A DNA stretch of 64,000 nt, from contig CBDCMT010000001.1 in assembly GCA_965219095.1 (NCBI GenBank), positions 672,001-736,000 of the forward strand. Reading direction: 5' to 3'. The DNA comes from Bdellovibrionales bacterium (GTDB taxonomy: Bacteria; Bdellovibrionota; Bdellovibrionia; Bdellovibrionales; UBA1609). A program made the position numbers and the translations under genes. Shown here in pieces: positions 10,463 through 20,803 of this stretch. The notes below the pieces were generated by a model. The model worked only from the letters and a program-made list of their open reading frames with translations. It did no database searches and was not told the DNA's origin. The stretch's first letter is position 1. Each line of letters begins with the position of its first letter.

Positions 10463-11207
10463 GTAACTGCTCACCTACATTGTTCAGTTATCCCTAACTT
10501 TAGACCTATTTTAAGATAAAAGTCTTGCTCTTACAGATTTTCTTTTAAATACTTTTTTCAAATGACAATAAATAAGACCTCCATCAGAAATGAGATTAAA
10601 AATATAAGAAGTGACTTTGATAAGCTTGCAAAGAAAGGTTCTGTGCCTACTGAGATTTCTGTGATTGTTGAATCTCTCTTTAAGGTTGTGAACATTCTGA
10701 TTGTTGTGTTTTTAGAAAAACAGGTTCGAAAAAATTCCAGCAACAGCAGTCTTCCTCCTTCGCAAGATTTTAGTCGTCAAGGGAATCGTAATAAGAAAGC
10801 TAGTGGGAGTCAGAAAAAGGACTCTAGACTTGATAACAGTAAAGATACAAACAGTGAGGAGACTGTCTCTCCCTCAGAGTGTTCTCAGTGTGGGATGTGT
10901 TTAAAGACAGCAGAGGTAAAAAGCCTTGAAAAGCGTAAAAAGATTGATATTTTTTATGAAATTCAGACCCATACTGTAACTTCTGAAGTTAAGGATTGTC
11001 CCTCATGTGGAGCTAGAAATAAAGGTCAATTTCCTAAAGGTATGAGTGGTCCTCTTCAGTATGGTATAGGCATTAGAGCTTCCATCATCAATTTCATTAT
11101 AGTTCAGATGCTGTCTTTTCAACGTGTTGGGGAACATTACATGGGGCTTATAGGTCGAATGATTTCTCCTGCAGTTATGTTGAGATACATTGCTGAATTA
11201 GGAGAGT

Positions 11208-11806
11208 TGAACTTCCCCTGTTTCTGCGGACAGTCAATTTTCTCTTAAAGTCTCCATAAAATGGAGGTAAAAGAAAGAATGGAAAAAGTAAAACAGTACT
11301 CGGAAGAGTTTAAAAAGCAAGCCATTGAATTGGCAGAGGAAATAGGTGCAAAGGAAGCCTCAGAGAAGCTAGGACTGAGAAATTTCCAAGTGATAAGCTC
11401 TTGGAAGCGTTTTCTAAAGCCTGAAGTAGAAAGACAAGCTTCCCATGACTTGGCTTCGGCATTGGAGGAAATAAAGAGGTTAAAAAAGGAGCTGGTCTAT
11501 GAGAGGCGGAGTGTAGGTATATTGAAAGAGGCAGCGGCTTTTTTTTCAAAGGAAATCCTGAAATGAGATTTAAGGCTATGTTTTATGTAAAAGAGAAAGG
11601 GCATCCAGTGCTTCGCATTTGCGAATTATTAAGAGGATCTCGTTCTGGTTTTTATAGTTTTTTAAAAACCAGGGGAAAGCTTGAAAAGGATAAAAATCTG
11701 GAGAAAAACATAGAATCTATTTTTAAAAAAAAGCCTCCTCAAAAGAATTTAAACAAAGGAGGGCTTTAAGAACATAAAAACTGTCCACTTTTTTGGGGGA
11801 AGATCA
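11208..11806 (+). mobile_element. Internally deleted IS3-family element
   Basis: TG...CA ends with IRs; agt target duplication (empty site near 46360); intact orfA, truncated orfB. Confidence 0.9.
11261..11566 (+). CDS. IS3 OrfA (HTH transposase subunit)
   Basis: QYSEEFKKQAI...ILKEAAAFF. Confidence 0.88.
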   Translation: MEVKERMEKVKQYSEEFKKQAIELAEEIGAKEASEKLGLRNFQVISSWKRFLKPEVERQASHDLASALEEIKRLKKELVYERRSVGILKEAAAFFSKEILK

Positions 11807-12576
11807 AGTTTCTTAAAAGTTGGGAAGAGCAGATGAAAGAAAAGATACTTGAATCAGAGGTCATTCATGTTGATGAGACCTCTATGAGGGTTAAGGGTAA
11901 AAACTACTGGATTCATACTTATAGTTCAGGAGAATTAGTCTTGCAGTTTCTCCACCTTTCACGTGGAAGGGAAGCCATAAAAGATATTGGTCTCTTGGAT
12001 AGATATGCAGGAGTGCTTGTGCATGATTGTTGGAGTCCTTACTTTTGTTATGATAAGATAACTCATGCTTTGTGTGTGGCTCACCTTTTGAGAGAGCTTA
12101 AATTTATAGAAGAAAGCAATGGATTCAAATGGGCTACAAATCTCAAAAAACTTCTTAAAGAGACTGTGGAGTTAGTTCATAAAAAAGAGTCAAGAGTTCT
12201 GACTCAAAAAGAGTATGAAACTCTTCAGAGAAGGTATAGGAGTATTCTTACAAAAGGCTTAAAAGAGCTTCCAGAATTTCCTAAGAAAAATGGCAAGAAA
12301 GGACGAATAAAGCATACACAAGCTCAAAACCTTTGGCTGCGATTTAAAAAGTATGAAGCAGAAATACTGTGCTTTGCTAAAAGAAAGAACGTAGATCCTA
12401 CTAACAACAGAGCTGAAAGAAATCTAAGAATGACTAAGGTGAAAAAGAAAGTGTCAGGGTGTTTCAGAACAGAAGAAATGGCGAAATATTTTTGTCGCAT
12501 TACCAGCTATGTTAAAACAATGAGAAATAGAGGGTATTCTTCTTTAGAAGCCATCTCTATGGCTTTAAATAAAAAC

Positions 12577-14097
12577 GCCTCCTCAAAAGAATCTGTGGGT
12601 TCCCGGAGGTTCTGGCAGTTTTCCAAGGTTATGATATAAGGCGATTTTTATAGCTTTAGAGGTTCTAAAGCCGTAAGATTTTCTCATAGTGAGTTTTACT
12701 TTGTTGTTTAAACCCTCTACAATCCCTGAGGAGAAGGTTTTTTTAGCCTTGAAGTAATTAAGAATAAGTAGCTTATGTCTTCGTATGGTTTTTGCTTTTC
12801 TTTTCATAGGTTCAATTTTTGAAAGCATGACTCGTCTCGTCCAACTGTCTATAAATTTACCAGCCCAAGTTGGTGAAACATAGGTCCATAACTGTCGGAA
12901 GTCTTCTTTTAAAAGATAACAGCGGATACTTTTTAAATTGTACTGTATTAAATGCCTTAATTTTACTTTTTCATAAGATTTTAAATTTTCTGCATTTTTT
13001 AACAAGGGCCATCTAGCTTTTGTTAAAAGGGGTTCATACCCGTCTTCTTTCATTTTTTTGTGTTCTGAAGCTCTCACTTCGTCTAAAGCCTTATTGAGTC
13101 TTGCTACGATATGAAACCGATCTAATATGTGTAAAGCTCCACTTGCCCTCTCCTTTATGACTTTTAAATAAGGCTTCCACATATCAGAACACACAAACCG
13201 TATATCTTTTGACTTCTCTCCTAGTAAATCAAAGAATTTTCTAAAACTCTTTTCTGTTCTTTTTTCTCCTATCCACAACAAGCGTACACGGGTTTTGCTT
13301 ATTTCATAGACTAAGGTGAGATACTGATGGTTCTTTTTCCATTGTATTTCATCTACACCTATAGCTTGTATTCCCTTTAAAACCCTTTGTTTTAAACCAT
13401 ATTCTACGACCCATTCTACCGAAGCATAGACCTGATTCCAACTGACATGAAACTTACAAGAAACCTCTTTCCAAGACAGGTGACGACACCAGTCTGCTAA
13501 GTACTTCATGTAAAAGATCGTTAAACTCTTCTTACCATCGGCCCAAGGTAAATGTTCAACTTTTACCCCACAGCAAGGACAATTGACTCTTCTTACAGCA
13601 TAAACAAAGAACACCCTGTAACTTAAAATAGGAAGGGATTCAAAGTCCCGTGATGATTTACTGCTGTCATACACTGAACAGGGCTTCTTACAAACACTAC
13701 AAAAAGCTTGGCCATTTTTACGAGCCTTAATAGGAACATTAATTGACTTTCTATCTTTTGAAAAATAAATGTCTCCGTATACAAAAGACTTCCATCTTAA
13801 ACAATCATTTAGTATAGTCTTCAAAAGCATCTCTTCCCTCCTTTTTTTTTTTTTTTGAATAACATTTTAAGGCATCTGGGAAGTAGGTGCTTCTTTTTTA
13901 AAATTTTAATGTAACACAGCAAATAAAAGCAAATAAAATGAATGTTTTTGAGTTCAATCACCGGAGGTGACAGAGGCCAGTAAGGGCCTCAAAGAACTCA
14001 AAAATACAAGATAGAATGTCTTACTCTTACTTTGATTAATATGAGCTCTTTTGGGGGATTTCTACTACTTTTTACCCACAGATTCCCGGGAGGAGCC
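12577..14097 (-). mobile_element. Complete ISL3-family element
   Basis: Terminal IRs; 8-bp ataaaaac target duplication; 1521 bp. Confidence 0.95.
12583..13830 (-). CDS. ISL3 transposase
   Basis: Zinc finger, IGVDE, CSDMWKPY, DRFH, VEGLNNKVK. Confidence 0.95.
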   Translation of the reverse strand: MLLKTILNDCLRWKSFVYGDIYFSKDRKSINVPIKARKNGQAFCSVCKKPCSVYDSSKSSRDFESLPILSYRVFFVYAVRRVNCPCCGVKVEHLPWADGKKSLTIFYMKYLADWCRHLSWKEVSCKFHVSWNQVYASVEWVVEYGLKQRVLKGIQAIGVDEIQWKKNHQYLTLVYEISKTRVRLLWIGEKRTEKSFRKFFDLLGEKSKDIRFVCSDMWKPYLKVIKERASGALHILDRFHIVARLNKALDEVRASEHKKMKEDGYEPLLTKARWPLLKNAENLKSYEKVKLRHLIQYNLKSIRCYLLKEDFRQLWTYVSPTWAGKFIDSWTRRVMLSKIEPMKRKAKTIRRHKLLILNYFKAKKTFSSGIVEGLNNKVKLTMRKSYGFRTSKAIKIALYHNLGKLPEPPGTHRFF

Positions 14098-14340
14098 ATA
14101 AAAACTTACGAGAGTGAGCAGTTACGTATTTTCAATAAATTACAAGAGTGAGCTTCCCTATGTGTTCGCTTCAAAGATGAGTTAAATGGACTTGAGGATG
14201 TTGAGGAAGAGCTAGAGAGCGAAATACTTCTTAAAGGAGAGCTTCTTTGTTTAAAAGAAAAAGAAAGTGAGATGTAATGTTTTTAAAGATCTTGCTTTCA
14301 TGTTGTTGAAGAAATAAGAAAAACTCTTTAAAATGAACTT

Positions 14341-16029
14341 ATGGCTATGCAATCTTTAGAGGCTCTTTTGTTAAAGGGAGCAGGACTTAAGGGAAAAGAA
14401 CTCCATTCTCTTTATGAGCTTACAAATGCTAGAGGACAGAGTTTAAAAGAGCTTCTTTTAAATAAGCCCTTTGAAACTCCTGAAGAGGCCTTAGAGGAAG
14501 TTTGCAGGGCTTTGGATCTTCTCTTTTTAAAGGAAGTTCCTTTGAATGAGATTGCAGGTTATCTGCTAAAAAGTGTGTCTATTAATTATGCTAAAAAATA
14601 TGAAATCCTTCCCTTTAAAGAAGTTGAGGGTAAGATTCAAGTTCTAGTGAGTAACCCCCTTAACTACAAAGCCTTTCAAGAAATGAGAGTTTTTTTAGAT
14701 AAGGATTTAGAGATGATTGTTACCCCTAAGTCAAAACTTCATGATGCTATCAATTACATTTATGAAAAATCCACAAGCGATTTAGAAGGTTTAGATGAGA
14801 TTGAAAGTGAAGAGTATGACTTAGATGAACCGGTTATTGATCTTTTAGAAACAGGAGATGATGAAGCTCCTGTGATAAAACTTATTAACACACTTTTGTT
14901 TCGTGCTGTAAAAGAAATGGCTTCAGACATTCATATTGAACCTTATGAAAAGGATATGGTCATTCGCTTTCGTTTGGATGGAGTTTTATATGATGTTTAC
15001 TCTCCTCCTAAAAAATTACAAAATGCTATTGTGTCTAGAATTAAAGTGATGGCTAGTTTGAATATTGCAGAAAAAAGACTTCCTCAAGACGGTAGGATTT
15101 CTTTAAAGCTAGCAGGAAGGGATGTGGATGTGAGGGTGAACATTGTACCAACAGCTTTTGGAGAGCGTGTTGTAATGCGTCTTCAGGATCGTTCTAAAGT
15201 GATCTTACAGTTAGAGCAATTGGGTTTTTCTGAAAAAAGCTTAAGTACTTTAAATCAGCTCCTACAAAAGCCGTATGGAATTGTTCTAGTCACAGGACCT
15301 ACAGGAAGTGGTAAATCCACAACCCTTTACTCTTGTCTGAGCCGTATTAATACTATTGATAAAAACATCATTACTGTGGAACAGCCTGTGGAGCAGAGAA
15401 TTCGTGGTATAGGGCAAATTCAAGTCAATCACAAAATTGGACTTACTTTTTCTAATGCTCTAAGAGCTATTTTAAGACAAGATCCTAATGTGATTATGAT
15501 TGGTGAGATTCGTGATTTAGAAACTGCTGAAATTGCTATCAATGCTTCTTTGACAGGACACCTTGTGCTTTCCACCATTCATACAAATGATGCTGCAGGG
15601 GCTTTTCCTCGTTTAACGGATATGGGTTGTGAGCCTTTTTTGATTGCAACCTCTTTGCTTGCTGTCATGGCTCAACGACTTATTCGTGTCCTTTGTGATG
15701 AATGTAAGGAAATTTATAAACCCACAGAACAAGAAATTAAAAGTTTGGATCTGTCCATTAATGAAAAAACAAAAAGTTTTCAATTTTATCGCCCTGTAGG
15801 CTGTAATGAATGTCATAGTAAAGGTTATGTGGGGAGAACTCTTATCGAGGAGATTTTACTTCTTAACGATGAGATTAGAAGTTTAATTATGCAAAGACAA
15901 AATAGCGGAAATATTCGCCAAAAAGCCATTCAAGAGGGTATGGTTCCTATTCGTATTCATGGGATTCAGAAAATTGTTAATGGAGTGACCAGTGTTGAGG
16001 AAGTTTTAGCTAACACTCAGATGGATTAA
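14341..16029 (+). CDS. gspE: Type II secretion ATPase GspE
   Basis: ASDIHIEP, GPTGSGKST, LRQDPNVIMIGEIRD, Cys metal-binding motif. Confidence 0.96.
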   Translation: MAMQSLEALLLKGAGLKGKELHSLYELTNARGQSLKELLLNKPFETPEEALEEVCRALDLLFLKEVPLNEIAGYLLKSVSINYAKKYEILPFKEVEGKIQVLVSNPLNYKAFQEMRVFLDKDLEMIVTPKSKLHDAINYIYEKSTSDLEGLDEIESEEYDLDEPVIDLLETGDDEAPVIKLINTLLFRAVKEMASDIHIEPYEKDMVIRFRLDGVLYDVYSPPKKLQNAIVSRIKVMASLNIAEKRLPQDGRISLKLAGRDVDVRVNIVPTAFGERVVMRLQDRSKVILQLEQLGFSEKSLSTLNQLLQKPYGIVLVTGPTGSGKSTTLYSCLSRINTIDKNIITVEQPVEQRIRGIGQIQVNHKIGLTFSNALRAILRQDPNVIMIGEIRDLETAEIAINASLTGHLVLSTIHTNDAAGAFPRLTDMGCEPFLIATSLLAVMAQRLIRVLCDECKEIYKPTEQEIKSLDLSINEKTKSFQFYRPVGCNECHSKGYVGRTLIEEILLLNDEIRSLIMQRQNSGNIRQKAIQEGMVPIRIHGIQKIVNGVTSVEEVLANTQMD

Positions 16030-16032
16030 TTT

Positions 16033-17247
16033 ATGCCTGTTTATGCTTATAAAGGAGTGAATCATTTAGGTAGAACCAAACGTGGAACTTTACAAGCTGA
16101 AAACTTACGTGTGGCTCGTTTGAAGCTTAAAAAAGAAGGCATTTATGTTAGTGAGTTAAAGAACAAATCCCTAGCTAAGAATCAAAGGAACCTTAAATCT
16201 TCTCAAAACAGAAAAGTAAAAATTGAAGAACTCGCTTTAGCTACAAGACAACTCGCAAGCCTCCTTCATGCCAATATACCTTTAGTGGAAAGTTTAAACG
16301 CTCTTTCAGAGCAAGTTGAAAACCCTATCCTACAGGCTGTTTTCACAGACTGTAAAAATGCAGTTAACGAAGGAGAAAGTTTTTATAAAACTCTTTCAAA
16401 GTATCCTAAAATTTTCAATAAGACCTATATTTATATGTGTCAAGCCGGAGAAGCTTCAGGAACTTTGGATGTGATCTTGATACGTTTAGCAGAGTTTACA
16501 GAATCAGCTAACGAATTGAAACAACGTCTTCAAGCAGCTCTGACTTATCCTTTAATTATGATTATCATGACAATAGCTATTTTAATTCTTTTGTTTCTTT
16601 TTGTAATTCCTAAAATGCAACAAGTTTTTTCCGATGCCATTGAATTGGAACTACCGTCTATATCTATTGCCGTTTTTGCCATAAGTGGCTGGCTTGTGAA
16701 CTACTGGTATATTTTTGCAGGAGGAGTATTTTTTCTTACTTTTATGTTTTTTAACTGGAAAAACTCAGAAAAAGGAAGGCCACAATATGACACCTTGCTA
16801 TTAAAACTAGGTTTTGTAGGAAAGATGGTCCGTATGGTAGCGGTAGCTCGTTTTTCTCGTACTTTGGCAACTCTTTTAAAAGGAGGGGTCCCTATGCTTG
16901 TGTCCATGGACATTGTACGTAATGTTGTCAACAACGAAGTTTTAGCAAAAGCTATTGATGAAGCAAGAGAGAACATCAGTGAAGGAGAATCTATTGCCTT
17001 GCCTCTCAAAAAATCAGGACAGTTTCCTCCCATTGTGATTCATATGATCAGTATTGGAGAAAAAACAGGAGAACTAGAAGCTATGTTAGAAGAACTTAGT
17101 AAATCTTTTGAGTTTCAAGTAAAAAACTCTGTAGATCGTTTGACATCTCTTATTTCTCCTATTGTTCTTGTTTTTATGGCTATAGTTGTAGGTGTGATTG
17201 TATGGGCTGTGCTCATGCCTATTTTACAGCTCTCAGACCTTGGTTAA
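16033..17247 (+). CDS. gspF: Type II secretion inner-membrane platform protein GspF
   Basis: Two T2SSF domains (AGEASGTL, IGEKTGEL); follows gspE. Confidence 0.95.
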   Translation: MPVYAYKGVNHLGRTKRGTLQAENLRVARLKLKKEGIYVSELKNKSLAKNQRNLKSSQNRKVKIEELALATRQLASLLHANIPLVESLNALSEQVENPILQAVFTDCKNAVNEGESFYKTLSKYPKIFNKTYIYMCQAGEASGTLDVILIRLAEFTESANELKQRLQAALTYPLIMIIMTIAILILLFLFVIPKMQQVFSDAIELELPSISIAVFAISGWLVNYWYIFAGGVFFLTFMFFNWKNSEKGRPQYDTLLLKLGFVGKMVRMVAVARFSRTLATLLKGGVPMLVSMDIVRNVVNNEVLAKAIDEARENISEGESIALPLKKSGQFPPIVIHMISIGEKTGELEAMLEELSKSFEFQVKNSVDRLTSLISPIVLVFMAIVVGVIVWAVLMPILQLSDLG

Positions 17248-17288
17248 GTCATACTTGATCGTATTTCAAAAATCAATTTTTCTAGCTA

Positions 17289-17865
17289 GGGGGTGAAAGT
17301 CAATTTATTTAATATGGTAACCTTAGCCTAAGAAAGGGAGTGAAGGATAGCTAGAAGATATGAATTAACAACTTAAAACATGGAAGAAGATAGAGTTTTA
17401 CTTAGCGATCGAAAAAAGATAGTAGGAGTTAGAAGCAAAAAACAACCGACAATTTGTTAACTTAAGTCCTATGGATCTTGAGGATTGGAGCCTCTTGGAG
17501 GTCTCTTCCAGAACGTTATGAACACTCAAAGAACGTTTGCTTTCGTTTCACTCGTTGAGAGAAATCTGGAATTTTTAAAGAAGATTTTTTCTCATCTTAT
17601 AAAAGATTCTAAAAATGAATATCTCTCTATTGATAGCACTATAGTACGAGCTCATCAGCATTCTTCTGGTACAAAAAAGAAGCAAAAAAAAAGAATATTT
17701 TGGCTTTGGGGCACTCCAGAGAAAGTTTAAGTACAAAAATTTATTTTGTAAGTGATAGCTTAGAACGTCTTATGCGTTTGAGTTTAACAAGAGGAGAAGC
17801 CTAAGACATCACTCAAGCTTCTGATTTAATAAGAGGTTTGAAATATGGTTTTGTTATAGCCAAAG
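17289..17865 (+). pseudogene. Degenerate IS5-family (IS427-like) transposase
   Basis: RRYEL..., IDSTIVRAHQHSSG; several frameshifts and stops; end gggggtgaaagtcaatt matches 35585-35601. Confidence 0.75.
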
Positions 17866-17868
17866 AGT

Positions 17869-17912
17869 TGATCTTCCCCCAAAAAACTGTCCACTTTTTT
17901 GGGAGAAGATGA
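17869..17912. repeat. Fold-back IS3 right end (hairpin)
   Basis: tgatcttcccccaaaaaa-ctgtccac-ttttttgggagaagatga; compare 11776..11806. Confidence 0.75.
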
Positions 17913-18122
17913 AATTCAAGACAAAAGAGAAGGAGGAAGCATAGGAGCAAAGGGAATACAGGAACTTTTAGCAGATGAATTTGACTGTTCTCTTTCTGGG
18001 GTTTATGCTCTTTTAGACCGCCTTAATATTGTATGGATCAGTGGTCGTTCTCTTCATCCTAAAAGTTCACAAGAAGCTATGGAACAGTTTAAGAAACATT
18101 TTCCAGAAGAGGTGGAGAAAAT
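17908..18122 (+). pseudogene. IS630 transposase internal fragment
   Basis: Matches DEIQD...FPEEVEK of 60483..61547. Confidence 0.85.
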
Positions 18123-18539
18123 GTAACTCGGTTAATTGACGACATTCCCTAGATAAAAAGGAGATTTTTGAAGTGTGACCAGGATATTTTAAAAATCCTA
18201 GCACTTTGTCCAGTGAATTTTTTTATAAATTCCTTTTTGAAGGACTATGAAATAACTTGCTGGCTGTAACAGCTAATTACCAAGGTTTTTAACAAGAATC
18301 AAGATTAAGGACTTTTTTTCAAATCATGGCTAAAAGTCAAACAGACAAATTTAAATTTTAATGAAATAAATACAAAGAAAATATGCTAGAATCTCTTCAA
18401 TGAGGATCTTGGAGAAGTTCTTGGGGCTTAAGGGCAAAGGTCTTATTGGGGTTGAGATTTTTTTATTTCTTTGTTAAAATTTTTATGAAAAGAAGAGGAG
18501 AAAAGAGAGAAGAATTTGGGACACAAAGGAAAGGAGTTT

Positions 18540-18965
18540 ATGTTTTCACAAAAAAGAAATCAAAAAGGTATGACGCTTTTAGAAATTATGGTGGTTCTTA
18601 TTCTTATAGGCCTTGTAGCAGGAAGTTTGCTATTTCCTGTCATGGGAAGATTAGATAGAGGAAGATACAAAAGCACACAAAACCAAATACGTGAAGTAAT
18701 AAAATCTTTAGAAACCTTTTACTTAGATTGTGGCACTTACCCTTCAGAAGAAGAGGGTTTAGGGGCTTTAGTGGAACAAACACCTAACTGTTCTTCTTGG
18801 GGAGGGCCTTATTTGAAAAAGATTCCCAAAGACAGCTGGGGTGGAGAGCTTCTTTATGAATTCTCAGAAGAGACAGGAGAACCTATCATCATATCCTTAG
18901 GCCGTGACAAAAAAGCAGGAGGCACAAAGGCATGGGATAAGGACATTGTGTCCTCAGATCTTTAA
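18540..18965 (+). CDS. gspG: Type II secretion major pseudopilin GspG
   Basis: G|MTLLEIMVV prepilin site; YPSEEEGLGALV and GPYLKKIPKDSWG; aaggag RBS before ATG 18540. Confidence 0.95.
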   Translation: MFSQKRNQKGMTLLEIMVVLILIGLVAGSLLFPVMGRLDRGRYKSTQNQIREVIKSLETFYLDCGTYPSEEEGLGALVEQTPNCSSWGGPYLKKIPKDSWGGELLYEFSEETGEPIIISLGRDKKAGGTKAWDKDIVSSDL

Positions 18966-19578
18966 AAGATTTTTTATTTCTAAGGGACTTTCTCTCTTAG
19001 AGATCTTGGTCGTTTTACTATTAATGGGCCTTATAACAGGGACTATTCTTTCTCGTACAGCCTGGAAAAAAAATGAAGTAAAAGAATTTCATAAAGATTT
19101 CAGGAAATTGAGCCGTGAGATTTTTTTAAAAGCACGTCTTAAGAATACTTTGTATCGTATGGTGTTTAAAATTTCAGATTTTGAAGAAGAGGAGCCTCCT
19201 TCGGTTGTGGTTTATGCAGAGTCTCGTGCAGGCAAGGCGTTTGAAAAAGATGAGAATCAACTCCTTAAAAAACTGAACTTTCCAGAAGAGATTCATTACA
19301 AAAACCTTCTGTCAAAGTTAAAAGAAAATGAAGAAGAGTCTTTTGAAGAAACTTTAAATGAAGAGCTTAATGAAGAAGAAAAAAACCAAGTTCGCAAATT
19401 GAAGTTTTTTTATAGATACATTTATTTTTTGCCTCAAGGCTTTGTTTCTCCTGTAGCAATTCATGTGGAACAAAAAAAACAGCCTTGGACTTTTACTATA
19501 GAAGCTTTGACGGGTAAAGTGAAAATCTTAAAAGGCTATATAAGCTTAGAAGAGATAGAGAAAGCAAATCGCTTATGA
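18904..19578 (+). CDS. gspH: Minor pseudopilin GspH (true start probably near 18946)
   Basis: G|LSLLEILVV; gene order. Confidence 0.75.
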   Translation: MTKKQEAQRHGIRTLCPQIFKRFFISKGLSLLEILVVLLLMGLITGTILSRTAWKKNEVKEFHKDFRKLSREIFLKARLKNTLYRMVFKISDFEEEEPPSVVVYAESRAGKAFEKDENQLLKKLNFPEEIHYKNLLSKLKENEEESFEETLNEELNEEEKNQVRKLKFFYRYIYFLPQGFVSPVAIHVEQKKQPWTFTIEALTGKVKILKGYISLEEIEKANRL

Positions 19579-20075
19579 AAAAAGGTAAAGGTTTTTCTCT
19601 TGTAGAAGTTCTGGTAGCACTTTTATTAATTTCAGGGGCAGCTATTGTAACCACTAATATATGGTCGAGAAACTTTCTTTACATTAGGGGTTCAAAAATT
19701 TATGATACGGTAAGTTTTTTGTTAGATCAGAAAATTTCTGAATTGAAAATTGAATATAAAAACATTCAGGAAATTCCTGAGTTAGAGGAAGGGGATTTTG
19801 GAACAGAGTACTCCAACTATCGTTGGGAGATGGAAAGTCAAGCTTTTGATATGCCAGATCTTTCTTCTCTGCTCATTGAGCAGGCTGGAGCTGAAGGTGT
19901 TGATGAAAATGTTCTTTCCGTTGTGAATAATATTAGAGAACTGATTACAAATTCTGTGAAGGAAGTTAAAATCACAGTGTTTGCTAAGGACAAAAAAAGA
20001 GAAAGGTCTTTTTCTGTTGTAACCTATTTTACAAATAAAAATCCTAGTGTGGCTTTAGGGGGAGAAGAAAAATAA
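19575..20075 (+). CDS. gspI: Minor pseudopilin GspI
   Basis: G|FSLVEVLVAL; gene order. Confidence 0.8.
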   Translation: MKKGKGFSLVEVLVALLLISGAAIVTTNIWSRNFLYIRGSKIYDTVSFLLDQKISELKIEYKNIQEIPELEEGDFGTEYSNYRWEMESQAFDMPDLSSLLIEQAGAEGVDENVLSVVNNIRELITNSVKEVKITVFAKDKKRERSFSVVTYFTNKNPSVALGGEEK

Positions 20076-20803
20076 TGATTTTATCAAAAAAAGGATTTTC
20101 TCTTTTAGAAGTTATGATTTCTCTTTTGATTTTTAGTTTTATAAGTATTTTTATAGTACAAAATGTTCAAAATGCAGTAAGAGCAAGAAAGAATTTTAAG
20201 CCTAAAATGGAAAAAAGTTTCAGATTAAGAACTGTTTTTCTTTTAGTAAGAAAAGACATTAATCAAGCCTTTCATTTTAGAGATTTTTATATAACAAAAT
20301 ATAATGAAGCTCTTCGTGATTTTAGAAAAAAATATGATAAAAGAATTAAAAAAGGAGATATACAGTTTGCATTGAAGCCTAAAATAGTCAAACAAGAAAC
20401 TTACTTCAAAGGCTCCTCCAAGGAATTTTCCATGACATCATTTAACAGTCTCATTTATTTTTCAGAAAATACTTCCTATTCTGTTCATGTAAAGTACTCT
20501 TTAAAAAACTGTGAAAATAAGAAAGGAAAAACAAGCCAATGTTTGGTGAGAAAAGAATGGATTTTAGGAGAAGAAGAACCTTCTCAGGGCGTTTATGAAC
20601 ATGTACTTATAAGAGGTATACAGAGCTTGGAGTTTTTTTACTTGTCACAGGGAAGTGATAAGAAAACACCTGAATGGTCTAGTTTATTAGATGAGAGGCA
20701 TTTTCCTGCTGCTGTGGAAATTCTTTTTGAAACAGAACAGAAAGAAAAATTCAGATGGGTTATATCTCTACATTTTGTTAATAACAAAGAAGGTGAGAGC
20801 TAA
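20075..20803 (+). CDS. gspJ: Minor pseudopilin GspJ
   Basis: G|FSLLEVMISL; C-terminal FPAAVEI. Confidence 0.8.
   Translation: MILSKKGFSLLEVMISLLIFSFISIFIVQNVQNAVRARKNFKPKMEKSFRLRTVFLLVRKDINQAFHFRDFYITKYNEALRDFRKKYDKRIKKGDIQFALKPKIVKQETYFKGSSKEFSMTSFNSLIYFSENTSYSVHVKYSLKNCENKKGKTSQCLVRKEWILGEEEPSQGVYEHVLIRGIQSLEFFYLSQGSDKKTPEWSSLLDERHFPAAVEILFETEQKEKFRWVISLHFVNNKEGES

Larger units (their letters stand above)
10562..14117 (+). pseudogene. IS66 transposase split by two insertions
   Basis: KNSSNSSLPPS, CxxC zinc finger, HVDET, PTNNRAER; pieces 10562..11207, 11810..12576 and 14106..14117. Confidence 0.9.
10463..14125 (+). mobile_element. IS66-family element (single-ORF type) carrying nested IS3 and ISL3
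   Basis: gtaactgctcac / gtgagcagttac IRs; no matching target duplication. Confidence 0.9.

Noticed and set aside
14126..14277. Short open frame upstream of gspE as the gspD 3' end
   Set aside because: No secretin motif is recognisable; identity cannot be supported
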